From a virus (lineage: Duplodnaviria > Caudoviricetes): 62,021 bases of DNA. Position 1 is the stretch's first letter. Every line of letters begins with the position of its first letter. The notes under the pieces were generated by a model, which saw only the letters and a list, made by a program, of their open reading frames with translations, was not told where the DNA came from and did no database searches. The stretch is from positions 1-62,021 of the IMG/VR virus record IMGVR_UViG_3300042306_001197; one strand, 5' to 3'. Both the position numbers and the translations under genes were made by a program. This document shows positions 37,343 through 47,368 of the stretch, piece after piece.

Positions 37343-38026
37343 ATGAAAGTATTAATATTTACCCCCTCACATTACAAGAGGGGGGCAATGTTAAGGTACA
37401 CTTTATTAGATGTACTTAACCAAACATATCCAGACTTTACTTTTGCACTAAGTCTAAAAATTGATGACTTCCAACAAGTCTACAATAATATTTTAATTGA
37501 TGACATCAAAGATCCAAGAGTTGTTTACACAGAACAAATAAATCATAAAGTTTGTTTTACTCATTACAATGCAATGGACACTATAAAGTCAGTACCAAAC
37601 TACCAAGACTATGACTTATTCATAAAAATGGATGATGATGACATTTATAAAAAAGACTATGTAAAAAATGTAGTAGAGTTTTTTAAAAACAACCCAGATG
37701 TAGACATAGCATCTTCAAAAGTAAACACACAACTAAACGGATTTACAGTAGTAAGAAATAAGTATGGATACGAAACCTTAGGCAGAATAGCACAAGAGGA
37801 CCATTCAAATATGCCTATGACTTTTGCCTTTAATAAAAAAGCACTAGACCTTATAATAAACCTAACAAGGTCAGAGATAGGAAACGATTGGGAAGACATG
37901 GCATGGAGAAGAGCTTGGATGAAAGCAGGGCTTGTGCATAAGACTGTAGATAATTCGGAGCAAACTATCTGGAATGTACATGGAAAAAATACTACTACTT
38001 CTCAATTATTAATACCAAAAAACTAA
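37343..38026 (+). CDS. Glycosyltransferase, GT-A fold (GT2-like)
   Basis: VLIFTP...VLNQTYPDF, FIKMDDDDIY (DxD), WED. Confidence 0.78.
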   Translation: MKVLIFTPSHYKRGAMLRYTLLDVLNQTYPDFTFALSLKIDDFQQVYNNILIDDIKDPRVVYTEQINHKVCFTHYNAMDTIKSVPNYQDYDLFIKMDDDDIYKKDYVKNVVEFFKNNPDVDIASSKVNTQLNGFTVVRNKYGYETLGRIAQEDHSNMPMTFAFNKKALDLIINLTRSEIGNDWEDMAWRRAWMKAGLVHKTVDNSEQTIWNVHGKNTTTSQLLIPKN

Positions 38027-38032
38027 TACTTT

Positions 38033-38962
38033 ATGAGATATATATGTGCACAACCTGCCAATAATTATTATACTTGGCAAGTAGAAGTTTTAATAAATAA
38101 TTTCAAAAAACAAGGTGTAAATCCTAATAAAATTGATATACTTTGTGCTATACAAAATAATCACATACCACAAGAGTGGATAAAACTACAACAACATTAT
38201 AATACAGTAAGATTCTTTTTTTACAACGACACCAGGCCAGATAAGAGCTATATCCCATCTGTGTATTTTAACTTAATGAGCAGCCACATGAAAGCTCATC
38301 CTGAATTAATTCACGAAAGGTTATTTTTACACGATAGCGATATAGTTTTTACAAGGCCTCCACAACTAGATTGGGCAATGTATGGAAAAGTTTGGTATAT
38401 GAGTGATACTAATTCCTACATAAACTATGACTACGTTATGCAAAAAGGTGATGAGAACTATGAAAAAATGTGCGAGATAGTAGGTATAGATAAAGTAATA
38501 CCTAAGCTAATGAACAGTAACTCAGGAGGAGCACAGTACATAATAATAGGAGAAGACCATAATTTTTGGGACAAAGTAGAGAGAGATAGTGTAGAGATGT
38601 ATAAGTACTTCTGCAAAGTTGAGCATCTATACAAACCTAAATATGAAGGTGACCCACCAATACAAAAATGGACAGCAGGTATGTGGGCACTACTTTGGAA
38701 CGCTTGGAGAAGTGGACATGAAACAAAGGTAGACAGCAGATTAGATTTTGGATGGACTACACACGGGATAGACACTGTAGAAAAGCATTGGATACTACAT
38801 AACGCAGGAGTAATGGCAGATCAAAAAGATTTATTCTATAAAGCAAATTATATGAATAAGCTGCCTTACAATGAAGACTTACAAATAAGAGAAAATAGTG
38901 CTAGTATGTATTACTGGCAACAAGTACAAGAAGCTGGAAAAGTTTCTGTACTATTACGATAA
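38033..38962 (+). CDS. Glycosyltransferase resembling peptidyl O-glycosyltransferases (HPAT GT95 / SERGT GT96-like)
   Basis: YYTWQVEV, Y.PS, FLHDSDIVF (DxD), GGAQYII, WTAGMWA and ILHNAG occur in the same order as plant HPAT/SERGT motifs (Y..WQ, Y...N.P, DxD, W..EMY, I.HY). Confidence 0.6.
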   Translation: MRYICAQPANNYYTWQVEVLINNFKKQGVNPNKIDILCAIQNNHIPQEWIKLQQHYNTVRFFFYNDTRPDKSYIPSVYFNLMSSHMKAHPELIHERLFLHDSDIVFTRPPQLDWAMYGKVWYMSDTNSYINYDYVMQKGDENYEKMCEIVGIDKVIPKLMNSNSGGAQYIIIGEDHNFWDKVERDSVEMYKYFCKVEHLYKPKYEGDPPIQKWTAGMWALLWNAWRSGHETKVDSRLDFGWTTHGIDTVEKHWILHNAGVMADQKDLFYKANYMNKLPYNEDLQIRENSASMYYWQQVQEAGKVSVLLR

Positions 38963-39000
38963 GAGGTTTTTGGTTTTCCTCTTTTTTCTGTTGGGTGAGG

Positions 39001-39028
39001 AGGGGGCTTCGGCCCCCTTTTCTTTTTT
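39001..39028 (+). terminator. Intrinsic terminator with UUCG tetraloop
   Basis: AGGGGGC-TTCG-GCCCCCT-TTTCTTTTTT. Confidence 0.88.
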
Positions 39029-39035
39029 AAAATTT

Positions 39036-39075
39036 TTAACTAATTTGGTAAACATAAAAAAATTTACTAATTTTG
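39036..39075 (+). promoter_or_regulatory. Late-type promoter for tail operon
   Basis: TTAACTAA-TTTG(39044)-N20-TAATTTTG(39068-39075). Confidence 0.8.
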
Positions 39076-39095
39076 CAACCTAAATACATATAAAA

Positions 39096-39764
39096 ATGAC
39101 AAACGCAGAATTTGTATCAAGAGTTCTCAATGGACTTAATTCCTTAGACAAGGATAGCAGAATTTCCCGTAGATATATTCTACATGTAGGGAGACAAAAA
39201 TCTGCGTTCTACATTTCTCAAAAAATGAATGATAGAAGCTTGTTCAGAGAAGACAACTTATACACAACATTAAACTGCTTTGAGCTAGAAAAAATAGAAG
39301 TTACAAAGTGTGATATCATAGAGTTCAGAAGATGTAAATCTATTATGAAGTCAAAAAAGAAGTTACCAGAACTTATCTATAACAGGTATGGTAATACGCT
39401 AAAAGAGGTTACATCTATTGATGATGAAAAAGAGTTCAAAAGTACTACACCTTCACAATACAGAAGAGATAAGAACAGAACATCTATCTCAGATTACGTA
39501 GACTATTACGTAAAAGATGGATACCTTTACTTACTAGATTCAGATATACAAGTAGTAAATTTATACTTGATAACAACTGATTTACAAGCAGTAGAGGAAG
39601 TATCTTCTTGTTCATCACCAGGATGTAAAAGTTTATGGGACTACGATTTTGTGGTTGCAGATAAACTTGAGGAGTTAGTTATAGGTGAAACAGTGAGGGA
39701 GATTTCTATGAAGAAACAAATCCCGGCTGACGAAAATCCTAACTTAAACAGCAACGAAAAATAA
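39096..39764 (+). CDS. Tail ring/tubular protein
   Basis: FELEKIEV..C...C....S...LP...YYVKDGYLYL pattern. Position before IHF-like and tail genes matches crAss-like phages. Confidence 0.6.
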   Translation: MTNAEFVSRVLNGLNSLDKDSRISRRYILHVGRQKSAFYISQKMNDRSLFREDNLYTTLNCFELEKIEVTKCDIIEFRRCKSIMKSKKKLPELIYNRYGNTLKEVTSIDDEKEFKSTTPSQYRRDKNRTSISDYVDYYVKDGYLYLLDSDIQVVNLYLITTDLQAVEEVSSCSSPGCKSLWDYDFVVADKLEELVIGETVREISMKKQIPADENPNLNSNEK

Positions 39765-39766
39765 TA

Positions 39767-40309
39767 ATGGCAGAGTACAAAAAACCATTTTCTAAAGAAG
39801 AGTACAAATACTTTTTTAGAAACAGGGGTAGAAAAAAATCTTTAGGTGAACTAGGAAGTAGTTTTTCACTAAGGGACTACAAAGCTTACCAATACTACAG
39901 AGATAACTCAAAGCTAGCAAACCTAGAAGATATACAAAATTTTGTAGAGCACGGAAAGATAATTTCTAAGTTTTATGAATTAGTAGGAGAAAAGCTAACA
40001 GAGGCTTCTGGAGGAGTTTTTGTAGAGGGCCTAGGGTATTTTGGAATAATCCAAGAAATGGGCAGAGGAGTGTCACACAATCCCACAGACGGCTCTGTAA
40101 AATTAAATCCACGAACAGATAATAAAATTTACAATTTAGCTTTTGTACCAATAGAAAAAGAGAACATCTTTAAATCTTGGGTATTCGATTACAGCTTCTC
40201 TAGAAAAGTAAAAAAGAGTCTTTGTGACAATTTAAAAGCAGGAAAGAAATATACATTTAACGCATCTTTGTTTTTCAATAAACTCAGACAAACAGGAAAC
40301 GACTTATAG
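39767..40309 (+). CDS. IHF/HU-like protein of the tail module
   Basis: GVFVEGLGYFGI strand motif, basic composition, crAss-like synteny. Confidence 0.6.
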   Translation: MAEYKKPFSKEEYKYFFRNRGRKKSLGELGSSFSLRDYKAYQYYRDNSKLANLEDIQNFVEHGKIISKFYELVGEKLTEASGGVFVEGLGYFGIIQEMGRGVSHNPTDGSVKLNPRTDNKIYNLAFVPIEKENIFKSWVFDYSFSRKVKKSLCDNLKAGKKYTFNASLFFNKLRQTGNDL

Positions 40310-40310
40310 C

Positions 40311-41171
40311 ATGAAAAGAAAAGAACTAATAGCTGAGATTTTATCAGACTTAAGACAATACGATGAGTCGGGTCTTATAGATTATAGATCCGTAAACTTA
40401 TGGATAAAAAATGAGCTCAAGAGATTTGGTGCAAACATTACTGTCAAAACTGAGAAGTTTTTGGATGTGGAAAATGGAGAAGCAGAATTACCAGAAGATT
40501 TCTGGAATTTACACTTAGCAGCTAAATGCACAAGAGACAGCCATGAATTTGTAAAAGGCAGCAAGCAAGACGTACAAGATTCTCAATATTGGACTCAAAG
40601 AATTGAGAATACTTATATCTGGGACAACTTAGCCGGAACACATAAAAAGGAAAGCTACAAAGAGATTATAGAAAAGTCTTACTACAATAACACTGAAGTA
40701 AGAACTAGGTATGTAGACCCAGTAATTTTAAAGTTAACAAAAGGTTTGAAAAAAGAGTACTGTGCACCAGGTTGTAAAAATTTGCAATCATCATTGACAC
40801 ACTCTGCACCACATGAAATAAACATCGTAGGTAACAAGATACAAACAAACTTTAAAAATGGAGTAATCTACATACAATACAACGCACTACCATCAGACGA
40901 GGATGGAGATTTGTACATACCAGATGTTGTGAACTTACAAGAGTACTTGATGTATTTTGTAAAAAGAAAGATATTAGAGGGTATTTGGATGAATGATGAC
41001 GATGTTAATTTAGTAAACAAACTTCAGTACATCAAACAACAAGAAAGAGAATACTTTGGACTTGCTATGACCCAAGTAAAATTTGAGGGGTTAGGAAATT
41101 GGAGCCAAAGATTAAAGAAAAGAATGGTACAAGATACGAATAGATTCGAGAGAATGTTCCCTAACGTTTAA
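40311..41171 (+). CDS. Tail tubular protein (P22 gp4-like ring)
   Basis: AELPEDF, IQTNFKNGVIYIQY...DEDG..YIPD motifs, directly upstream of the muzzle gene. Confidence 0.7.
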   Translation: MKRKELIAEILSDLRQYDESGLIDYRSVNLWIKNELKRFGANITVKTEKFLDVENGEAELPEDFWNLHLAAKCTRDSHEFVKGSKQDVQDSQYWTQRIENTYIWDNLAGTHKKESYKEIIEKSYYNNTEVRTRYVDPVILKLTKGLKKEYCAPGCKNLQSSLTHSAPHEINIVGNKIQTNFKNGVIYIQYNALPSDEDGDLYIPDVVNLQEYLMYFVKRKILEGIWMNDDDVNLVNKLQYIKQQEREYFGLAMTQVKFEGLGNWSQRLKKRMVQDTNRFERMFPNV

Positions 41172-41183
41172 TAAAAAACTAGA

Positions 41184-44100
41184 ATGGCACAACAACAGAA
41201 TAAAAAGGTAAATTTAAGTTCTGCTAAATTGGGTATGAATAAGGACACTCATCCTTCACAACTACAAGAAGCACAATATACACACGCCTACAATGCTAAT
41301 ACGGAAAACGAATCAGGTAACAGCTTAAACATAACAAACGAAAAGTCAAATATATTAGCCTCCAAATTCAAATCAGGATTTAAAGTAATCGGTATTGGAG
41401 ATGACATAGATACAGACGCAACCTACTTCCTCCTCACAAACCCAGTAACGGGTGTTGGGGAGTTTGGTGTTATAGAGAGTAACCAAAATAATAATGATCT
41501 ACAGGACATAACCGTAGATTGTACAGACTGTGATCAGATAAAGAATTTAGCAGAGCCTTTAGAGAACATTACTCAAACGCCTCTACAAACTTACAAAACT
41601 TTATTAACAGACGCAACTGGATACTTAGATGTAAATACAAATACTTGTATGCCTTTTACAAAAGGCCAAGGGTTTAACTTTGACATAAACCACCCGGTAA
41701 AAAGAATAGTAATAAAAAATGAGAAGTCAGGTAAAACAGCTTACTTTTCAGATAACTACAATTCACCTAGACACATAAACATAACAAACATAGACAAGTA
41801 CTTTGTACAAAACGTACCATGTAATGATGATGTTACTACAAGCTGTATTAATTTTGACGAACTTAGAATTTTTAAAAGGTACAATATACCAAAAATAGTA
41901 GCCTCATCTATTGAGCTAGGTGGTAGGTTAAAGATGGGTGTGTACGAGTTTTTGTTAGCTTACTGTGATGCAGAAGGAAACGAGATCTCTCCTTATTACT
42001 CTATAACAAATCCTGTATCAGTATTTGATAAAAATAATGTAGTACTTGAACAAAAGGAAACAGCAGATAGAACAAGCTTAGCGATAAGATTAGACGTTTC
42101 TAACTTAGATAAAAATTATTCCCACTATAAAGTAGCAGTAATACAAACTGCAGATATTGAGGGGGCTACTAGATATTTTATAGAAGGTATCCACACTATA
42201 AATGATAACTCAGTTCTTTATACAACAGAGCAGGGTAAGTTAGCAACAAGTGTAGACAAGCTTTTGATAAAACCTTTGGACATAGAAAGAACAGAAAGTC
42301 TAACAGACTCTAACAATATACTATTCCAAACAGGGCTTACTATAAAAAAAGAAATAAACTTACAACCTGTAGTAAACTTACTTGGTCAGTTCTTAAAATT
42401 TCAAACTCACATTGCCCCTGAAAACTTATATGATAATGGAGTACTTAGTTCTAAGTATTTAGGATACAACAGAGACGAAGTCGTACCTTTTTCTATTAGA
42501 TTTTTAATAGATGGAGGATATGAAACTGCACTATTCCCACTTATTTCTAGAGCTTTAAGACCTGGAGAAGATTCACTTATGGTGGACGGTTCCGGAGTTG
42601 GGATAAATGAAGATGTTAGATCTATCATAGAAAACTTACAAGACTGTAATTCTAACAACAGGACTAAAAAATGGCAGTTCTACAACACCGCAGATTCTCC
42701 ACAAGGATCAGTTTGCGAAGGAGTAGGAGTTGACACAGTAGAAGTAGAAGAAGAAGTTTCCTTAACTTGTATAGTTGAAGGAGTAGGTACAGTTGGACCA
42801 GATACATTACAAATAGATATAGAAGACGATACATACGTTAACTTATACCAATACATAGAAGATAATAAATCAAACTGTAATGATGAGTTTTTAGGTACAG
42901 ATATCTGTGCAGTACTTACAGCAGATTATTCATCTATACCTTGCGAAACAGATATGTTTGAAGGGTATAATGTGTCTGGGGCAATAAGCACAGAATCAGA
43001 TACTATTATAGGGGACATTACAGATGTTGTGGAGACAAAAATACAAAAAGTTTTCCCAACTGAATATATTAAAGTTAAGCCCCCTGCAAATTGTAGTATC
43101 TATGTACCTAAGTCAGATGGTACAGGATATCAAACAGACCCAGCAATAACATACAACAACGTATACTTAAGAAACTTTTCTTTTGACAATGAAGACTGTA
43201 CTTATTCAAGTATAATTAGCACTTTTATTGGCTCAGGGAGCAATCCAAATATTGCATTTTTTAATAACTACTACGCAAGTCAAGTACAAGCAGATTTAAA
43301 GTCATCTAAGGTAGTACACCCTCTTGGGGTAGAATCTGGATTTTTAGGGAATCTACATAAGGGTGCACTATGGTTTAGCGGAGACACAGAAGGAAACACC
43401 AGCTTTGTTTTAGACTTAAGTAAGCAAAAAGATGCACCAGGAAATGACTACTTATCTACCCTTAATATAAAAAAACAAAGGGTATCTATATTCAAAAAAT
43501 GCTCAGACTCATCCGCTATCTACTCTAGAGTTATAGATATGGAGGCAGGAGAAATGTTCTTTTTTGAAAAGGTAGGATCAGATTTAAAAATAACAACCTC
43601 TTCTGGAAATGTACAAGTCATAACAAACGGATGGCCTACAAATAAAAAGTATTTTGTAGCTATTGACTCATATATGGCTGACTTAACATCCCAGTCTAAC
43701 GGCTACTTAATTGTTCCTACAGATGGATGTTACACCTTAACCAAAAGACCAATAGAGTACAGTAGAGTAGATGTAAGCTGGAGTTCTATAAGAGTAGATA
43801 AAAGAATGATTTCTACTGCTACTTGCATATTTGATCAACCTGTTGTACAAAGTTGTAAAGCAGTGCCTTATAGAAAAGGTAACTTTGCTTATTGGGAAAG
43901 TGAAGAATCTTATCCTGATAATCCAGAGTTGTTTGATTCAAGAAAGTTAGTTGTACCAGAAAACTTAATACCAAACTCTATAAAAACAGAGTTTAATAAT
44001 ATTTTTGTACTAGGAGTAAATGATGGTAACTACATACTTGGAGACAAAGCTAATTTTACATGTAAGCCAATTAGACACTTTAGATTTCCTGACAATAAGG

Positions 44101-47100
44101 TAGCACCTTTTATGTCACCATCTGCACAAAGTCCTTTTAGCAGTAGTTTAATTTTCCCATTAGGTATAACTATAGATGAGGAAGTTATAAATTCATTTCT
44201 AGACATAGCTGTAGTAAATGGATTACTTACACAAGAGGATAGAAACAAAGTGTCAGGTTATGAAATATTTAGAGGAGACACATCTTTAGACAGAAGTGTT
44301 CTAGCCTCTGGCTTATTGTATGATATGAGGCAGTATACAGAAAGCGGTAAAAAAGTACAATACTCTAACTACCCTTTTAATAGCTACCAAAGTGATTTAC
44401 TAAATAAGGATTCAGACACACCTGCAAATTGGGGTATATCTAATACTAATTATACATTTCACTCACCAGAGACAGACTACTATAGACAAACACTTCCTTC
44501 AGAGCTAAGCATACAAGGGTATATGTACGGTAACTCTCGTGGACATTTTGATGAAGTTAAGGATCACCCTAAGTGGGTTATACTATCACCTGCTGCAAAA
44601 AATCTAGCTGGAACATTAGCTACCTTAGAAGTTGCAGGAGAAATAATAATAAAAGCAGCTGAAATTACATCCAATGCACAAGTTTGGGCTGTAGGTGGTC
44701 TTGTATTTGGAGCAAACCTAGGTCTTCCAGCATTCATTGCTGCAGGAGCTGTTACGGTTTTTGGTACAGCTGAAGCCATAGTTTATAAATACTCTCAGTA
44801 TAAATACCAATGGCTAAAGATATTTAGAGATTTAGGAAGCCCTCAAAACTTTGCTTATTACTATTTTGCTGAGGGGCATTACAATTACACATTGCCTATT
44901 CAACAAGATGGTAATAGATTAAGAGGGATGCATGTAGCAAAGTACTTGAATGACGGAAGATTCAGAGTTACAAATGAAGTAACTGCAGAAAGAATTGATA
45001 TAAATAATATTGACAGAGAAAGATCAGTATTTGTATCCTTAGGAGATAAACCACTAGTTTATCCTAACTCTGGATATACAACTTACGATAAAGGATCTAG
45101 CTCAAGTATTACTTATCAATCAGAGGCAGGGTTTAACACTAGCGGAAGAAGCCCAGAAGTTATTAAAAACATAGCTTCTCCTTATGCTGCAGTAAAAAAC
45201 TACTTACCTTCTCAGTACGGAACTATAAACTCAGTTAAGTGGTTGTCAACAGGATATGTAGGGAATTTAAAAAATGCAACAGCAAACTGCCTTTCTATAT
45301 TTGGTGGAGATACATATATCTCAAGACACACCTTAAAAAGAAAGATGCCACTATTTTTAGTGACAGCTATGAAGCAAGCAGACCTAACACCTTTTAATTA
45401 CTTTTTTTATAGTAATATAGGAAAAGATCCTAGGTTCTTTTGTAGCTACGAGCAAAATACAGATTTTTCTAGAGGAGGTAAAACATTTCCAGATATAGAT
45501 AGTACGTATAATTTTGATAACAGATCTGCAACAGGTAATTACCTAGTTCCGCCATCTAAGTTTTATCTTTATTATTATGGTGTACCAAGCTTTTTAACAG
45601 AAACTAGAATCAACACTAATTACAGATATGCCGGAAAGACTTATGATAAAAGCTTTTTCCCGCAAGTTGGAGATCTAGGAACTTGGACACAAGAGACTGT
45701 AGTTTCAATAAGAGAACCAAATGTTTTCTTATATAATAATACATACTCTAAGCAAATATCTTACACTAGAAGAAGAGTATTATCAGACACATACAGCAAA
45801 GAAGTAAGCGATAAACTACAAGATATGCCAAATGGTATTATAGCTAGTTTACCAGACAGTACAGAGAATTCTATATACGATCCATGGTTAATATACAGAC
45901 CACTAGATACTTTTGAGTTCCCTTCTAGCTACGGTAAGTTAAAAGATATCATAGATATCGAAGGACAAGCTATACTGGCCAGATTTGCAAATACTTCTGT
46001 TCTATATAACAAAGTAGATAGTAAGATAGATGATGGCTCTAAGCCAGAATTAGCCACTTTAGGAGGAGCATCATTCTTTCAAAGAAGATCGACATCTTTC
46101 CATAATACTAATCTTGGATACGGAGGTACAGAAAACTTTGCTTACATCTCTAATGAGTACGGACATTTTTATGCAGATGCTAAGAGAGGACAAGTAGTTA
46201 TGGTACCTACTAACGGAGAAGGTATGGTAGAAATATCAGCTATGTCAGGAAACAATCCTAGCGGTATGAGAAACTGGTTTAAGGAACACTTACCATTTAA
46301 GATTCTAAAACACATACCTAATACAGATATAGATAACCCTTACAACGGAGTTGGTCTAACAATGGGTTGGGACAGTAGATATAGAAGAGTTTTCTTAACT
46401 AAGAAAGACTACATACCTAAGAGTGATTGTATAGAGTACTTACCTGGACAAGGTTTTGCTATTAACAATACAAAATGTGGAGAGGATCAAACACCAAGTT
46501 GCCCAGAAGGGTTTACATACAACGAGGATACAGAGATGTGCGAAAGAAGCTTTATTTCTGATGAACTATGTCCAGAGGGGTACACTTACGATAGTGTAGC
46601 AAAAACTTGTACATTAGTTGAAACAGTAGATGCTAATTGTATAGATGAAACAACTACAGTACAACCAACAACTACGGTACAACCAACAACTACAGCAGAC
46701 CCATGTTTAGATTGTATTGCACACGATGTTACAATAGGCTCACAAATTTGGACAGGTTGTAACTTAGATGTAACAACATATAGGGACGGAACCCCGATAC
46801 CACAAGTATCTGACCCATCTGCTTGGGCTAACTTGACTACAGGTGCATGGTGTTATTATAATAATGACCCCGCTAATGGAGCAACATACGGTAAACTGTA
46901 TAACGTGTATGCAATTTTAAATACAGCTAACGGTGGTTTAGCACCAAATGGATATAGAGTACCATCAAATGATGATTGGACTACGTTAACTGCAACATTA
47001 GGCGGAGGTACTTGGATTGATACATGGGGTGGAGGAACTAGTTTTTATCAACCTGAAATAGGTGGTTACCTAAAAGAGGCCGGGTCATGCCATTGGTTTG

Positions 47101-47342
47101 GAGGCCTATCTGTTGGAAGTAATACATCAGGATTTACTGCTCTCCCTGCTGGAAATAGAGCAACCGCAGGATATTTCGGTGAATTACAAGGTGCAACAAT
47201 ATTTGCTAGTTCTTCTAGAACTAATACCACACCAGGAGTTGATCAAATTTGGGGCTATTCATTAACTAATATATCCAATGTAATTGATAAAGGCTGGGTT
47301 AGTCCAACTCAGGGAATTTCTGTAAGATTAGTAAAAGATTAA
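41184..47342 (+). CDS. Tail stabilisation/muzzle protein (P22 gp10-like), N-terminal part, ending in a Fibrobacter succinogenes major paralogous (Fib_succ_major) domain
   Basis: GMNKDTHPSQL...Y..A.N start, GY.RDEV..F.I, IRHFRFP, FGGDTYI and YGHFYADAKRG motifs. C-terminal VTIGSQIW...NL...YGKLYN...P.GYRVPS..DW...SGFTALPAG.R...SVRLVKD. Confidence 0.82.
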   Translation: MAQQQNKKVNLSSAKLGMNKDTHPSQLQEAQYTHAYNANTENESGNSLNITNEKSNILASKFKSGFKVIGIGDDIDTDATYFLLTNPVTGVGEFGVIESNQNNNDLQDITVDCTDCDQIKNLAEPLENITQTPLQTYKTLLTDATGYLDVNTNTCMPFTKGQGFNFDINHPVKRIVIKNEKSGKTAYFSDNYNSPRHINITNIDKYFVQNVPCNDDVTTSCINFDELRIFKRYNIPKIVASSIELGGRLKMGVYEFLLAYCDAEGNEISPYYSITNPVSVFDKNNVVLEQKETADRTSLAIRLDVSNLDKNYSHYKVAVIQTADIEGATRYFIEGIHTINDNSVLYTTEQGKLATSVDKLLIKPLDIERTESLTDSNNILFQTGLTIKKEINLQPVVNLLGQFLKFQTHIAPENLYDNGVLSSKYLGYNRDEVVPFSIRFLIDGGYETALFPLISRALRPGEDSLMVDGSGVGINEDVRSIIENLQDCNSNNRTKKWQFYNTADSPQGSVCEGVGVDTVEVEEEVSLTCIVEGVGTVGPDTLQIDIEDDTYVNLYQYIEDNKSNCNDEFLGTDICAVLTADYSSIPCETDMFEGYNVSGAISTESDTIIGDITDVVETKIQKVFPTEYIKVKPPANCSIYVPKSDGTGYQTDPAITYNNVYLRNFSFDNEDCTYSSIISTFIGSGSNPNIAFFNNYYASQVQADLKSSKVVHPLGVESGFLGNLHKGALWFSGDTEGNTSFVLDLSKQKDAPGNDYLSTLNIKKQRVSIFKKCSDSSAIYSRVIDMEAGEMFFFEKVGSDLKITTSSGNVQVITNGWPTNKKYFVAIDSYMADLTSQSNGYLIVPTDGCYTLTKRPIEYSRVDVSWSSIRVDKRMISTATCIFDQPVVQSCKAVPYRKGNFAYWESEESYPDNPELFDSRKLVVPENLIPNSIKTEFNNIFVLGVNDGNYILGDKANFTCKPIRHFRFPDNKVAPFMSPSAQSPFSSSLIFPLGITIDEEVINSFLDIAVVNGLLTQEDRNKVSGYEIFRGDTSLDRSVLASGLLYDMRQYTESGKKVQYSNYPFNSYQSDLLNKDSDTPANWGISNTNYTFHSPETDYYRQTLPSELSIQGYMYGNSRGHFDEVKDHPKWVILSPAAKNLAGTLATLEVAGEIIIKAAEITSNAQVWAVGGLVFGANLGLPAFIAAGAVTVFGTAEAIVYKYSQYKYQWLKIFRDLGSPQNFAYYYFAEGHYNYTLPIQQDGNRLRGMHVAKYLNDGRFRVTNEVTAERIDINNIDRERSVFVSLGDKPLVYPNSGYTTYDKGSSSSITYQSEAGFNTSGRSPEVIKNIASPYAAVKNYLPSQYGTINSVKWLSTGYVGNLKNATANCLSIFGGDTYISRHTLKRKMPLFLVTAMKQADLTPFNYFFYSNIGKDPRFFCSYEQNTDFSRGGKTFPDIDSTYNFDNRSATGNYLVPPSKFYLYYYGVPSFLTETRINTNYRYAGKTYDKSFFPQVGDLGTWTQETVVSIREPNVFLYNNTYSKQISYTRRRVLSDTYSKEVSDKLQDMPNGIIASLPDSTENSIYDPWLIYRPLDTFEFPSSYGKLKDIIDIEGQAILARFANTSVLYNKVDSKIDDGSKPELATLGGASFFQRRSTSFHNTNLGYGGTENFAYISNEYGHFYADAKRGQVVMVPTNGEGMVEISAMSGNNPSGMRNWFKEHLPFKILKHIPNTDIDNPYNGVGLTMGWDSRYRRVFLTKKDYIPKSDCIEYLPGQGFAINNTKCGEDQTPSCPEGFTYNEDTEMCERSFISDELCPEGYTYDSVAKTCTLVETVDANCIDETTTVQPTTTVQPTTTADPCLDCIAHDVTIGSQIWTGCNLDVTTYRDGTPIPQVSDPSAWANLTTGAWCYYNNDPANGATYGKLYNVYAILNTANGGLAPNGYRVPSNDDWTTLTATLGGGTWIDTWGGGTSFYQPEIGGYLKEAGSCHWFGGLSVGSNTSGFTALPAGNRATAGYFGELQGATIFASSSRTNTTPGVDQIWGYSLTNISNVIDKGWVSPTQGISVRLVKD

Positions 47343-47368
47343 TAAAATAATAATCAATATATTAAAAA

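Noticed and set aside
46700-47342. Diversity-generating retroelement target (Fib_succ_major/C-type lectin fold ending SVRLVKD)
   Set aside because: No template repeat or reverse transcriptase seen in this window. It could only be revived by finding them elsewhere in the genome.
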